64,000 nucleotides of DNA from Octopus sinensis (taxonomy: Eukaryota). Shown one piece after another: positions 63,044 to 64,000 of this stretch (position 1 is its first letter; each line of letters begins with the position of its first letter). Position numbers and translations under genes: made by a program. Location: assembly GCF_006345805.1 (NCBI RefSeq), contig NC_043012.1, forward strand, positions 37,076,001 to 37,140,000, read 5' to 3'. A model generated the notes under the pieces. That model was not told the DNA's origin. It saw only the letters and a list, made by a program, of their open reading frames with translations, and did not search any database.

Positions 63044-64000
63044 CCACCACTACTATTATTATTGCTGCCCTCACCCCCACCACTATCACCACCATCACCA
63101 TCACTGCTGCCGCTGCCTCCCCCGCCACCAACAGGTGAGCACGCACCAATATTCAAGAGCGAATCTTTAGATCGATGACATGGCATTGAAGTGTGGCAGA
63201 GGCACCCCTCCATTGGCAGAGAGAGAATCTTGCAGGGATTACGGTGGGGTGGATAGAGCGGGTGGGGAGGGAAGGTGTGGTTAGCGGCATTGCTTCAGTT
63301 TGGGAGGGGAGGGGTGGCGAGGGGTGGTGGTGGTGGTGGAAGTGGGGTGCAATGAAGTAGGAAGACGGCAATAAGGAGCAGGGATGCAGCGGAGGCGAAG
63401 ATGACTGGCAGCGGTAAAAGTTGCTATGACTCATCTCTGTTCCTTGATAACAACTGCGTTGCGTCAAAGTTCTTGTGACAGCCACCACCCACCGCCACCA
63501 CCACAACTACCACCGCCACTACCATCACCACCACTGTTATCATCATCATCATCAACACTGTCATCACAGCTATTGTCACAAGCATCCCTGCCTCTGGTAT
63601 CACCACCTCCACCACCACCAGCACCTCCACCATCATCACCGCCACTGTCATTGTCATCATCACCATCATAGCTATCATCATCTAGAATCACTGCCTCCAG
63701 CATCATCCCCGTCCCCATCCCCACCGCCCTAACCATCAGCACCACCACAACCACTACCATCATAACAACTACTAGAATCTCAGCCAAAACCATAACCATC
63801 ATCATCATCGTCATGACCCCCTCCACCTCATCACCCCACCCATCACCACCAATGCCACAACAAACCAGTTTTCTGTTTGTGCAGTATGTGCACCTATAAA
63901 TGTACAAATGCACAAAAATCCACCACCACCACCACCACCAACACCACCCCACAGACAACACAACCATCAATGTCACCACCAATACCGCCACCACCATCAA

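Noticed and set aside
62722-64000. His/Thr-rich ORFs with a gtgagc donor at ~63138
   Set aside because: Degenerate (CAC/CAT)n repeat; an isolated donor is not enough evidence.

Overview
AT-rich, microsatellite-laden eukaryotic DNA. The SINE families, (TA)n/(CA)n/(CAT)n tracts and decayed LINEs resemble a coleoid cephalopod such as Octopus; this is inferred from repeat content only. No host protein-coding gene could be identified. Most track ORFs are simple-repeat artefacts, and only a few short splice-bounded exon candidates are offered, at low confidence. Recognisable coding remnants are all transposons: a Penelope-like GIY-YIG endonuclease, Tc1 transposase, CR1 and RTE LINE 3' ends, and an R4/Dong-type restriction-like endonuclease. 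Two things stand out. (1) About ten type-I hammerhead-ribozyme-like motifs from several Penelope-type repeat families. They include non-canonical cores (CCGACGA twice, CTGTTGA, an extra purine after A9), a near-complete canonical copy at 52162-52225, a sense/antisense pair locked in a ~150-bp hairpin, and one linked to a tRNA-like Pol III head. (2) A palindrome-dense block at 42-54.5 kb with two kb-scale inverted duplications, one enclosing a MITE with an 8-bp TSD. All structures were folded by eye and need computational confirmation.
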